Assembly: GCA_964016885.1 (NCBI GenBank)
Contig: OZ024746.1
Location: forward strand, 57,908,001-57,972,000
Reading direction: 5' to 3'
DNA length: 64,000 bases
Source: Eledone cirrhosa
Lineage: Eukaryota
Each line of letters starts with the position of its first letter. Position 1 is the first letter of the stretch. Both the position numbers and the translations under genes were made by a program. This document shows positions 14,196-28,599 of the stretch, one piece after another. Below the pieces are notes generated by a model. It was not told the origin of the DNA and made no database searches. It saw only the letters and a list, made by a program, of their open reading frames with translations.

Positions 14196-14308
14196 CAGTT
14201 ATTCCGATGATTTGATTAGGCATACATTGTATTTAAAATTGAGTGACACACCTTCAAGTGATTAGCAATTTTTAGACACAATAATCAATGAAACAATTGT
14301 TAATACTG
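14196..14308 (+). ncRNA. degenerate type I hammerhead
   Basis: CAGTTATT CCGATGA T TTGATTA...TAATCAA T GAAACAATTGTT AATACTG; core U4>C; AATAAA follows. Confidence 0.6.
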
Positions 14309-14377
14309 TAAATAAAACCCCTTTTTGCACTGTTGACCATGTTATTCTTCACTGTTTCACTATATATATATATATAT

Positions 14378-14753
14378 TGTAAAAATAATAAATCTGAAGA
14401 CTAAAATCCAAAGAGGGCTCGATAAGGATAAATATATTTCAAATATATAAGAACCCTAGAGCAAATATTTATTAAAATAAAAGATTATCTTTTAAGCAAA
14501 AATCGCTGCTTTCGCCCTTAATGGGATCTTCTGAAACTAAAAAAATCAATCTGTGAGCGCAGAAGTAAATATTTCGAAAAACGTTGCAACCGAAGGAAAA
14601 CAAGAGACAATACTGTTTTCCCTCGGTTGCAACATTTTTCGAAGTATATACTTCTGCGTTCACAGATTGATTTTTTTTAGTTTCAGAAGATCCCGTTAAG
14701 GGTGAAAGCAGCGATTCTTTGCTTATACTTTAATCTTTTATTTTAATAAATAT
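14378..14753. mobile_element. fold-back element, family P2
   Basis: ~138 bp inverted arms 14465-14753 plus a unique tail; the same family lies at 53885-54097. Confidence 0.8.
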
Positions 14754-15677
14754 ATATATATATATTTTATTTTTTGCGTAGCCGGGTTCCTGGATTATTG
14801 CGGGATATAGGAGCCGTCTTGTATGACTAATGTACACCTGTATGAGTACGACCTCAATTGATAGAAATGGTGTTGTGCCTGGTGGAATTAGGGATCTTAT
14901 CTGAGCACTTTTATGTTATTTTCTGTGTTGCTTGTTGATCCACATGCTGCGTGCGAGAGGTCAATTGGAATGTACTGCTGCATATAATCAAACACAAATT
15001 TGGACGCGGTTAAGATTGGAATGCGGAGTGAGATACATATAATCATAGGAGGATTTGGAGTTATAACTTGGACATGTAACATATCTCAATCTGGAGTTTC
15101 GAGCGGGGGTGGGAGATAAAATCCCCTTCAGACCTTCTGAAGATACGTTATGGATCTCATAGTATTTCTATGACTCTAAGGCATGGGAAACTAAATCACC
15201 TGTCTTCTATAGTAACCAATGTATCTCCTCTTTTGTTGCTTTTGTGTGCCTTCACATGCCTCAATTTCCTTTTTTTCTTTCCCCCTTAGTTTAATTATTA
15301 TTATATATTTTTTTCATAATTTTTTTTCTCATTTTTTTTATTATTTTTTTATTTTATATATATATATTTTTTATTTATATATATATATATTTCTTATTAA
15401 TTTTAATTATTTTTAATTATTATATTATTATTATTTTTAAATTATCTTTAAGTGCTTTTGATTGCTTTTGTGTGCCTTCGCATGCCTCAGTCTCTCGTGG
15501 GAAATACTGCCCCTGTATTCTTGTATTCTCATGTGTTGATATAATGTTGACTAATAAACCCATTACGCATTCTCTCCATCCTTCTCATATCCAATCTCCC
15601 TCTTACTATCCTGTACTGTTTCTCTACTGTTTTGGTGACTAAGCCTGGTAGAGCTTATATTCAGCACTATATTTTTG

Positions 15678-15737
15678 TTTATTACGCTCTGATGATTCCT
15701 GCCCCACGGTATGGATGAAACATTGTTGGCGAATAAA
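15678..15737 (+). ncRNA. minimal type I hammerhead ribozyme
   Basis: TTTATTACGCT CTGATGA T TCC(13 nt)GGA T GAAACATTGTT GGCGAATAAA; stem I ~10 bp with one bulge and including AATAAA. Confidence 0.7.
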
Positions 15738-15783
15738 AATTGTATAAGTATGTAGGCGTTCTTTGATTTATTTTATCTATCTA

Positions 15784-15821
<38 letters not shown>

Positions 15822-16244
15822 TATAATTGTATACCTCTATTTTATTGATTATTTGTTTAATTCATTCATCGAGCAAAACTGGTAAAGGATGGACATCACA
15901 TATATGTGTATTTATACTTATTTGTTCTATATCTATATGTATATTCTATAATGTGTCGTATGGTTCAGTAAGAATTAGGCTGAAATAGATTGCTCCTTCC
16001 ATCCTTCTCTCCCACTCTGTTGACCTTAAAACCTTTCGAAAATTGTAACAGGGTCTCTTCAGGAAATCTGTCGTACACTGAGCGAGTCGCTTGTCAAACC
16101 AGCTATATCACAGTTTAGGTGCACTTTAACTGCACTCTGGTTGCACAGCAGTTGGCGAAACTGAAAATTCGGGACTACGAACAAAAAGTAGGTAATTATT
16201 GTCTGTTCGTTCTTCACAAGCACAATCATAATTCTATCTAAGAC

Positions 16245-16400
16245 GAGTAGGTGAATGATTAGAGTATTAAACTCACAACCGTGAGGTTATGAGTTCGATT
16301 TCTGGACCGGATAATGCGTTACGTCCTTGAGCAAGACACTTTATTTCACGTTGTTCCTTCTACCTCGAGTTGCGACCTATAGAGAATATTAGTAATTGGA
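16245..16400 (+). mobile_element. SINE S2 copy
   Basis: GAGTTCGATTTC B-box then GTCCTTGAGCAAGACACTTTATTTCACGTTG, homologous to 5928-6185. Confidence 0.6.
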
Positions 16401-16448
16401 ATTGCATTTTTTTCCTCGGTCCGATGTGATGAAAGTCGATCGACTGTC

Positions 16449-16588
<140 letters not shown>

Positions 16589-17139
16589 GGTGGTTCAATA
16601 GACTTGTGGTTTATTTGTATGTGCGTGTACGTGTGTGTAGTGTTGATTCCGCCTGATATTTAGGTGAATGTTACACTTGTGGAATATATTCAATATAATA
16701 AACTAAAATAAACGAAAAACATCTAGATGAACTTATCTGAAAAAGAAAAAATAGCTCAATCAATAGTAGACGGTTTCGGATTTTGGTGATGCGTGCGCTG
16801 TATTTATAACTAGAATTAGCCTCCGGGGACGATTTAAGCACACAATTTCTAGTATTGTGAGCAAATCTTTATTTTGGGAAACAATAATATTAGTATGTTG
16901 GGTTAGGAGACTCGATTCGTTGCCAAATTTATTATATCTAGTCAGTACTTCTAGAACAACATATTAAACAATGTTTTGGACAAGGTTTCTATCAGTTTTA
17001 CTGATGTTTCCGACTTTCCTTACTTCCTTTCCGCCCGAATCCCTGCTCCATTGACATAGCTTTTCCCGACACTAATTCGTTTATGTCATTGATCTATATG
17101 TTCTATTCTATCTTTTGATTTATATATCGTTATTCGTTA

Positions 17140-17605
17140 TTTCACGCATACACAGACATACATACATACATACATACAAACAGGCATAAATACACACATA
17201 CACACATACGTACATACATACATACATATATACACACATATATGCATACATACATACATACACGTATACATACATAAATACATGCATACACACATATATA
17301 CAAACATATATGGATATATATACGACGACCCCTCTAGTATATATTTGTATAAACACATACATGCATACATACACACACACATACATACATGCATATATAC
17401 ATGCATATGTACATACATATATACAAACGTAGACGGATGTATACGATGGTCCTTCTAGTATATATTTGTAAACACATATACATATGTACTTGTATGTATA
17501 TGTGTAAGAGTATTAGTTCTTCTATATTTGTATAATCATATTTACATACACACTCACACAGACGTGTGCATCTGTATGAATAACCACACACATATACACT
17601 CATAC

Positions 17606-17696
<91 letters not shown>

Positions 17697-17850
17697 CATA
17701 TACATATATATATATATATACATATATACATATACATATATATATACATATATACATATACATATATATATACATATATATATATGTATATATATATGTG
17801 TGTGTGTGTCTTTGTGTGTATAGATATATATATATATAGATATTCATATA

Positions 17851-17901
<51 letters not shown>

Positions 17902-17990
17902 GTATATATTTATATGTATATATATATATGTATATATGTATATACAAAACTCATATAGAAAACATCCACTTTCATATATACATATGTATA

Positions 17991-18067
<77 letters not shown>

Positions 18068-18111
18068 TGTATATATATATATATTTATACACACATATTT
18101 TTATACACATA

Positions 18112-18169
<58 letters not shown>

Positions 18170-18199
18170 CACACCCATATTTTTATACACATATATATG

Positions 18200-18230
<31 letters not shown>

Positions 18231-18290
18231 GTATATATGAAAGTGGATGTGTTCTATATGAGTTTTGAACGTTAGTGTATATACACACTG
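17140..18290. repeat. compound (TA)n/(TACA)n microsatellite region
   Basis: Long TA and CATA tracts; includes a short duplicated segment (17943-17985 inverted at ~18225-18267). Confidence 0.9.
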
Positions 18291-18329
18291 CACCACCTAC
18301 AACTACCTTATTCTCTCTTAATATAATTT

Positions 18330-18620
18330 ATCCAACCCAATTAATTGGAAGTCTTCATGTCCTGAAACTCATACATTATTTCCAATTTCCTAGACTGCTG
18401 AAACTCATTGCAACTATATAACAACATTCTTCTCCTTCTTTCACTTTCAATTCTGCCTCTCAATTTAATTATATATTTTCTGACAGCCAACCATTTCTCT
18501 TTGCATAGGATCTCTATAATTAAAGAGAGACACTGCTGCTGTGGAGCTCTGCAATGTAGTCACGGTATTGTACAGAAAATAGAGAACATACAGCCAAGAA
18601 TTACGCCGAATTCTACACGT
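18330..18620 (+). pseudogene. old CR1-group LINE remnant
   Basis: HCCCGALQCSHGIVQKIENIQPRIT resembles the CR1 post-RT motif YC..W.P...I..LE.VQR..T. Confidence 0.35.
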
Positions 18621-19502
18621 TAAAATGGAAAAGAAAATAATATAGTTATTCTATATTATAAAATCTATACAAAGACCTGTTTTCTGTTTTTTTATAATTT
18701 GTTATATTTTTTTGTATGGTTTTCTTTCTATTTAAATTTTGTTCATGCACGTATACCATATACGAATGCACGTATGTGTGCATCTACCTATATGTATAGA
18801 GAGAGAGGGGAGAGATAGAGAGAGACAGAGAGAGAGGGGGACAGAGAGAGAAAGGGAAAGAGAGGGAGAGGAAGATAGAGAGAGAGAGGAAGATAGAGAG
18901 AGAGCAAGAGAGAGAGAGAAAGAGGTGTAAATGCCGACCGAGGCTCCAAGTGGTTTCGGTTTAATGTTCTCCCCAGTCTGAGGACGCTCTCTCTCTTTTT
19001 CTTTCTCCCTCTCACTTTCTCTCTCTCTCTCTCTCTCGCTCTGTACACATATATATATATGCCTGTGTTCGTGTATTCTAGCGTGTGTGTGTGAATGTGT
19101 CTATATTCCTGTTTGATAGGTGTGTGTGATAAGGTAATCAATAATTAATATAGTATATCGAATCAATATAATAGTTGTTATTAATGGCGACTGTTTAATT
19201 CGAAGTTTCGTAGCCGTTATTTGTCTATTAGAAAGTTATATGTAGAATTAGGTAAGAGGCAAAGCCACTTTAAGTTAGATGAACAGGAATTCGGTTTTGA
19301 AAACATTTGTCATTTGTTAGCATGGTAGTATTTTAATATGAGTCTCGACTTGTTGAAACCTAATAAAAATATTTATTAAAAAATAAGTACTTATCTTTTT
19401 TCGAAGTAACGTCTTTTCTATATTTCAAATATTGTTGTACATAGCTGGTTGACATAAGTACTGGGAATATTACAAATTAGTACGTCCAAAGGCAAGTGAC
19501 CA

Positions 19503-20432
19503 TAATAATTGTTTCTACTTTTGGCACAAAGCCAGCATTATGCCAGTATATTACTGGTACTTTATTTTATCGACCCCGTAAGGATGAAAGGTAAAGTTAA
19601 CCTCGGCGGGATTTGAACTCAGAATAGCAAGGGCCGTACATAATAATTGTTTCTATTTTAGGCAAAAGGCCAGGAATTAACCAGTACATTACTGGTACTT
19701 TATTTTATTGTCCCCGTAAGGATGAAAGGCAAAGTTAACCTCGGCGGGATTTGAACTCAGACTGTAAAGGGACGTAACTATGCTAGAAATCATGGCGTCC
19801 AACCCTCTACCGATACTGCCAATTCACCGCCCTCATAAGGGCCGTACATAATAATTGTTTCTACTTTAGGCACAAGGCCAGCAATTACCCAGTGTATTAC
19901 TGGTACTTTATTTTATCGACCCCGTAAGGATGAAAGGCAAAGTAAACCTCGGCGGGATTTGAACTTAGACCGTGAAGTGACGTAACTATGCTGGAAAGCA
20001 TGGTGTCCGACTCTCTACCGATACATCCAATCCACCGCCCTCAAGGGCCGTACATAATAATGATTTCTAGTATAAGCAAAAGACCAGTAATTTGGGGGGA
20101 GGGGAAAGCAAGGTTATAATTTTGTCATATATTTCATGATACTATGAGGATTGAACCCGTTATACATTATATTCTGGTGGGAGACTAAAATTGACGTGGT
20201 TATTATAATGATTTCTTGTATAGGCACAAGGCCAATAAATTGAGGAGGGGGGAAGAAAGTCGATTAAATCGAACCCAGTACGTTGCTGGTGCTTTATTTT
20301 ATTGACCCCGTAAGGATTAAAGGTAAAGTTAACCTCGACGGGATGTGAACTAAAAGCGTAAAGGGTCACAACTCTATGCTGCAAAGCATGGCATCCGATC
20401 CTCTACTTATAGTGCCAATCCACCACCCTTCA
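19503..20432 (-). mobile_element. cluster of ~5 S1 SINE copies or fragments
   Basis: Repeated TAATAATTGTTTCTA...GGCGGGATTTGAACT...CCACCGCCCTC units. Confidence 0.85.
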
Positions 20433-20714
20433 AATGACCATAATAATAAAAAGGTCACTATGAATAATAGTGGAATGTGTGTGAATGCCACTGGTGTCAG
20501 AAAAGGTGGACGTGAATGAGCGTTATGGAACGGTACACAGGTGGAAGTTTGAGTTACAGGATACAATTCATCAGATAGACGTCCATACAATTTCCGTTTA
20601 CCCAATTTCAATTCACATGTCTGTATGCACCCAAGCCAAGTTAATGACACTCGAACCCGAAACAGCATGGTTTCGAAGCGAAGTTTCTAGCCACTCAAAT
20701 ATCTGGTTGTTCAA

Positions 20715-21340
20715 TACCATTGGCAGTATCGCTAGAGGGTCGTACACCGTGCTTTGCAGCAAAGAGTTACGGTCCTTTATGGTCCGAGTTCTAACCCCCC
20801 CCCCCCGAAGTTAACTATGTCTTTCATCCTTAAGGGGTCGATAAAATAAAGTACCAGTGATACACTGCGATAATTGCTGGTCTTGTGCCAAAAGTAGAAA
20901 CAATTATATTAATACAATATATATATTAATATAAATTTTGGGGGATTGACAGTATCGGTAGAAGGTCGAACGCCATGCTTTGCAGCACGTAGTTACTGCC
21001 CTATATTATCTAAGATAAAATCGCGCCGAGCTTAACTTTGCCTTTCATCCTTACGGGGTCGATAAAATAAAGTACCAGTCACGTACTGGAGTCGATTTAC
21101 TCTACCTTCCCCTCCCCTCAAATTGCTGGCCTTGTGCCTATATGAGAAAACATTTGGATTGGCAGTATCGGTAGAGAGTCGGACGCCATGCTTTCCAGCA
21201 TAGTTACGTCCCTTTACGATCTGAGTTCAAATCCCGCCGAGGTTGACTTTGCCTTTCATCCTTACGGGGTCGATAAAATAAAGTACCAGTAATGCACTGG
21301 GTAATTGCTGGCCTTGTGCCTAAAGTAGAAACAATTATAT
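20715..21340 (+). mobile_element. three S1 SINE copies
   Basis: TTGGCAGTATCG...TTGCCTTTCATCCTTACGGGGTCGATAAAATAAAGTACCAGT...CCTTGTGCC...AGAAACAATTAT, three times. Confidence 0.85.
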
Positions 21341-22202
21341 TAATACACATTTCTATATAGATTAAATAGATTTTTAAATGAATTTCTTAATCATACTTCA
21401 GACATACCTGCGTCTACTGTCTCGAATATATAGTTCTGTACATCAGTGGTAATATATTAATGCGAATGCCTAGCTACGTTGATTGAGAGTCTATGTGAAG
21501 TGTAGATTTCTGGGTGGTGATATATTTAATAGGAAACACCCATGCAATGAAGTATCTCCTTCAACATTAATAACAGAATAGTCAAACAGGGGAACTATTT
21601 GTTCAAGTACGTTTTAACTCATGGATTCTCCCTAACTAAATACGTCTAGTTTTACTTATAGCAGTAGTAATAAATGCGAGATGATTAAATGTTCGATTAA
21701 GTATGAAGGCCTGAAATGTCAAATCATAGATTGAAGTATGTAGAACAGTCATGAGAACGTTAAATATGCAGTATTATGCCCCTCTAATTAATTTTATATC
21801 AGGTAGTAGAGCATTGTAATATCGAGATTCACCACTTTTGGTTTCAGGCAATGAATATTGCAGAAACTATCGATGCCAAGGAATCTATAAAGTCAACGAA
21901 GAATGAGTAGAAAATAATGACGTCCATGTTATTCCCTCAGGGTGGGGTATTAGAAGAATATAATAGAGATTACCAAACAGCTATGTGAAATTCTACCTAA
22001 GAGAAAGTAAGAAAAGGTTTGGAGAATGATATGCATAGTGAATTATTGTGGTAACAGCCACAGGGTTGAATATGGAGAGTAGAATTTATTATTTGGAATT
22101 TGCAATGCGTAGAATTCAAATCGTTCTGTAGAAAATTCTGGATATACAATCAAATGGAAAAAAAATTGGCAGACTAATACAGTACCGTTTGACAGTGTAT
22201 AT

Positions 22203-22317
<115 letters not shown>

Positions 22318-22463
22318 CGTGTGTGTATGTGTATGAGTATGTGCAGATGTGTGTGCGTGTGTGTGTGTGTCGAAACCTCCTCCGCTTCCACTAACACTGA
22401 ACTTAATATAACTGTGTCATTATTGCTTCCTCTGTTTGGTACATTTATTCAATCTCTCTCTCT

Positions 22464-22539
<76 letters not shown>

Positions 22540-22672
22540 ATATATATATATTTATATATAAACATAAATACATATGAATGTGTTTGTGTATGTATGGGTG
22601 TGTGTATATGTGTATATGTATGAATGAATATATATATATATATATTATATATATATAGATATCGATATAATA

Positions 22673-22714
<42 letters not shown>

Positions 22715-22795
22715 TACATATATTTATATATATAAAGAGAGAGATATGTTCATACATACATATACACATATATATATACACACACACACAAACAC

Positions 22796-22896
<101 letters not shown>

Positions 22897-23299
22897 GTGT
22901 GTGTACGCATGTATGTATATTAGTGTCAATTTCGACATACTATATTGAGATGCTTTATTCCTCGAGTATCATTGACTTTCTCTATTTGACATACCCACTG
23001 TTATCTTATGTCATTTTCCATTACATGTTTCTACTTCCATCCATGCCCCATAGGACAGTTCTCAATATATTTTTGGGAACTCCTTTCTACCCATGGTTTG
23101 AACCCAACAATATTATTTCAGACACTATTTCATCAAATACAGACAACAAAAATCTGAACAAACAGAAGCCGTTGACACGGAATGGAGACTGCTCAGTTCG
23201 GCAGTTTTTTCCAGTTGCTAAATACTGCAGGCGAAAGCGGTTCTATGTTATGTCGGGTGGCATGAGGGCCCTTTCATTTAATCAAGAGGTTAAATATGC

Positions 23300-23760
23300 C
23301 GTCTGAGTCCGAGCAAATAAGAGATCTTACAAATCCTGCCTTGGCTGGAATTTACAGAAGACATGGTACTATTTAACTTGTCAGAAGGTGATCTCCAACA
23401 TATTCGTTATAGGCATGCTGCTGAGTGCTTTCAGGCAAGCCTGGGTTATAACTGTATGGAAGATACTAAAAGGGATAACACCAAACTGTGGCATTGCGAA
23501 CTCGACTAACCTACAAAATGGACGCCACTCGGTTGTGCCAAAGTTCCAATCCTTCACGAATGAAGACCAAATACTGCATTAGCCAGGGTTTCAAAGGACC
23601 TTATCTCTTTAATGAACTACCACAAAATATGAGGTATCTACAGGGTTTCCATGGAGATGTAGAAAAGATGCGACATTCTGGGAGACCATATGCTGGATAA
23701 ACCTACAGCACGAGGTGAAGCACAAATAAGGGCGGTGCAACAAATTCAGTTTTAAATCAA
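23300..23760 (+). pseudogene. CR1-group LINE 3' remnant
   Basis: WKILKGITPNCG and GFKGPYLFNELPQNMR match the C-terminal WKILEG.VPN / GP.LFN.LP motifs of invertebrate CR1-type ORF2. Confidence 0.55.
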
Positions 23761-24007
23761 TAATAAATCAAGTAAAGTTGGGTATAGAGTGAGTAGCCTC
23801 ATTGACGATGTCCCACTGTAGCCCCAGGCAGTTGGTTGGAACGCAAAAACGAGTATACATAAATACATATGGAATACTGTTAGCTTCTCGCTACAACGAT
23901 TTCTATACTTTTCATTTATATATATGCACATATATATATGTACATATATATATATGTACATATATATATATATATACATATATACATATATATACATATG
24001 TACATAG

Positions 24008-24067
<60 letters not shown>

Positions 24068-24307
24068 GTATACAGATCAGAGCAAACAGCACGGACACTC
24101 TATCTCAAAATTATTTTTGAAAAGCATTTAGAAATGCGCAACCGGTAAAAACTTAAAAACTTAAAACCACAACTGAATACTAACCCATACAATCACTAAT
24201 ACTCTTTTATTCCTAATTAAACCATTTTTCAACTGTGAACAATTTGTCAGCATTTTCTATTCCGTTTACCAATATATAATAACTTGTGTGTTACACCTCT
24301 ATTCTTT

Positions 24308-24356
<49 letters not shown>

Positions 24357-24359
<3 letters not shown>

Positions 24360-26216
24360 TATAGACATAGAATATTCGAAAATATTCTGTATGTTTATAA
24401 TAAACATTTTGAAGACCTAATCGCTATAGAATAGAATACGTCACGTATTACAATTAGATTCTCGATAAAAGCAAGGGAAGTAATCTACGCGTTTCATTCT
24501 TGTTAGAAATCATCAGGACTACATATCCAGTGCTTTTATCGAGAATGACACAGCTAGAGACTTATAGAATACTTAGCTGTGTACAGGAACTGGTTTGAAA
24601 GAGCGGTTGCCGGTCCGGCAGAAATTAGAAATTGGAATAAATGCTCTGAAATAGCGATATATATGTGAATATAGACATAGAATATTCGAAAATATTCTGT
24701 ATGTTTATAATAAACATTTTGAAGACCTAATCGCTATAGAATAGAATACGTCACGTATTACAATTAGATTCTCGATAAAAGCAAGGGAAGTAATCTACGC
24801 GTTTCATTCTTGTTAGAAATCATCAGGACTACATATCCAGTGCTTTTATCGAGAATGACACAGCTAGAGACTTATAGAATACTTAGCTGTGTACAGGAAC
24901 TGGTTTGAAAGAGCGGTTGTCGGTCCGGCAGAAATTAGAAATTGGAATAAATGCTCTGAAATAGCGATATATATGTGAATATAGACATAGAATATTCGAA
25001 AATATTCTGTATGTTTATAATAAACATTTTGAAGACCTAATCGCTATAGAATAGAATACGTCACGTATTACAATTAGATTCTCGATAAAAGCAAGGGAAG
25101 TAATCTACGCGTTTCATTCTTGTTAGAAATCATCAGGACTACATATCCAGTGCTTTTATCGAGAATGACACAGCTAGAGACTTATAGAATACTTAGCTGT
25201 GTACAGGAACTGGTTTGAAAGAGCGGTTGCCGGTCCGGCAGAAATTAGAAATTGGAATAAATGCTCTGAAATAGCGATATATATGTGAATATAGACATAG
25301 AATATTCGAAAATATTCTGTATGTTTATAATAAACATTTTGAAGACCTAATCGCTATAGAATAGAATACGTCACGTATTACAATTAGATTCTCGATAAAA
25401 GCAAGGGAAGTAATCTACGCGTTTCATTCTTGTTAGAAATCATCAGGACTACATATCCAGTGCTTTTATCGAGAATGACACAGCTAGAGACTTATAGAAT
25501 ACTTAGCTGTGTACAGGAACTGGTTTGAAAGAGCGGTTGCCGGTTCGGCAGAAATTAGAAATTGGAATAAATGCTCTGAAATAGCGATATATATGTGAAT
25601 ATAGACATAGAATATTCGAAAATATTCTGTATGTTTATAATAAACATTTTGAAGACCTAATCGCTATAGAATAGAATACGTCACGTATTACAATTAGATT
25701 CTCGATAAAAGCAAGGGAAGTAATCTACGCGTTTCATTCTTGTTAGAAATCATCAGGACTACATATCCAGTGCTTTTATCGAGAATGACACAGCTAGAGA
25801 CTTATAGAATACTTAGCTGTGTACAGGAACTGGTTTGAAAGAGCGGTTGCCGGTCCGGCAGAAATTAGAAATTGGAATAAATGCTCTGAAATAGCGATAT
25901 ATATGTGAATATAGACATAGAATATTCGAAAATATTCTGTATGTTTATAATAAACATTTTGAAGACCTAATCGCTATAGAATAGAATACGTCACGTATTA
26001 CAATTAGATTCTCGATAAAAGCAAGGGAAGTAATCTACGCGTTTCATTCTTGTTAGAAATCATCAGGACTACATATCCAGTGCTTTTATCGAGAATGACA
26101 CAGCTAGAGACTTATAGAATACTTAGCTGTGTACAGGAACTGGTTTGAAAGAGCGGTTGCCGGTCCGGCAGAAATTAGAAATTGGAATAAATGGTCTGAA
26201 ATAGCGATATATATAT
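24357..26216 (-). repeat. 6 x 310 bp tandem array, one hammerhead per unit (non-LTR retrozyme-like)
   Basis: Units start at 24357, 24667, 24977, 25287, 25597 and 25907; only about three single-base differences were seen; (TA)n flanks. Confidence 0.95.
24480..24522 (-). ncRNA. minimal type I hammerhead ribozyme, unit 1 (repeats every 310 bp at 24790, 25100, 25410, 25720, 26030)
   Basis: Minus strand GTAGTC CTGATGA T TTCT AACA AGAA T GAAA CGCG TA GATTAC; stem III palindrome ACGCGT; stem I extended by a perfect 16 bp helix (24458-24473/24531-24546). Confidence 0.9.
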
Positions 26217-27017
<801 letters not shown>

Positions 27018-28169
27018 TTGGTATATATATATATATATATATATATATTCAGATATGAATATATACACACACTGACACACAGATATATAAGTTCGTCACA
27101 TATTTAGTTATCACATTATACATTTACTTTATGTATATATATATATACATACATAGATACACACATTTACTTACATACACCCTCGTGTAGTATATACATA
27201 CGCACATGCATACATATACACACAAACATATTATCTTGCTTTCTTTATATATATCCATTTGCTGTTTGCATCGATTCGTACACTAATACTTTTAAATATA
27301 CAACATTGACAAGCACGTTGATTAATAGCATGGTGGTGGTATGTTTACGTTGGTTGGATGATTTAGATTGTTATTGTATGGATTGCGTGAAAGATGTGTA
27401 ACCAATGATATCTTGTGAAATTTAGACGAACAAATTGTATTCCCATATATGGATATGTCTTTACTTCTTCCATAATTATCTATTACAGATATTTTAATTT
27501 ACGATCTTGCTTGAAGGATATGAGCTATGCTATTCTAAGTTAAAATATTTCCCCTCAAATCCCGTGTTTTCCCTTTGTATACAGTGTATCAATTTTAATG
27601 TCCGACAGCGAAGCAGTCACGAAATATTAGTATGCTATGGTATGATATTTGAGAATTTTACATCGATAAAAATATTTTTGTTAAAGTAAGAAAATAGCTA
27701 AAATAAATTACACGCAAAAGTACAATTAAAATATATATTAAACCGTTGCATACAGATAAATATTTCGTGTCGCAAATTTAAAAGAAATGTTTGCTGTTGA
27801 TGATGTTGATAACAACGACAACAACATCGATGATGATAATAAATTCTAACTTTGGTACAAGGCCAGCAATTTCAGAAAATTGGAAAGACGATTATTTCGA
27901 ACTCAGTAATAACCTGTGTTGTTTTTTGACCTCGGAACTATGAAGAGAAGTGTTAAATTCAGCGATAGTTTAAATCAGCATGTAAACCGTATTATTCCCA
28001 CGCTCTAAATTGGCAATTACTGGTATGTGTTCCCGTTGGTCATATATTCTATTAATTCTCTATGAAACCTGAGTGAGGTTTTCTTGCCGCTTATCGTGGC
28101 TACCAGGTAACGTGCAGTATGTACCTTGCAACACTGTAGATGACAGTTGCGATTTTAGTCTGCGAAGGA

Positions 28170-28420
28170 CCTAATATATCTTTTCAACCAGCATTTTTCT
28201 ACATTCACTATTGTGCTCAGTCTCATTTTCTGTTTATATCATATACATATGTATTTCTTTCATTCTCATTTCTTCATTATCACATTTTACTGAATTTCTG
28301 CTCTTGGTATTTTACTCATTTACATTTACTATCTTATTCAGTTCTTACAGTCTTTTTTCTATATCTATATTACTATATTATCTATTTCACTTATAATACA
28401 TATATGCGTGTGTCTATGTG

Positions 28421-28430
<10 letters not shown>
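28170..28430. repeat. dispersed ~250 bp repeat, copy 1
   Basis: Near-identical to 51088-51335 in the same orientation; both run into (TA)n. Confidence 0.85.
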
Positions 28431-28478
<48 letters not shown>

Positions 28479-28481
28479 TAT

Positions 28482-28526
<45 letters not shown>

Positions 28527-28599
28527 TATATTTACATACATAAATTAATCAAGGAAACAAGGTTCCTTTCGTTGTCATCATAAGTCCACGGGTGCGTTA

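Noticed and set aside
24357-26216. CRISPR-like or protein-coding repeat interpretation
   Set aside because: No unique spacers, the period is not a multiple of 3, no long ORF, and the context is eukaryotic.
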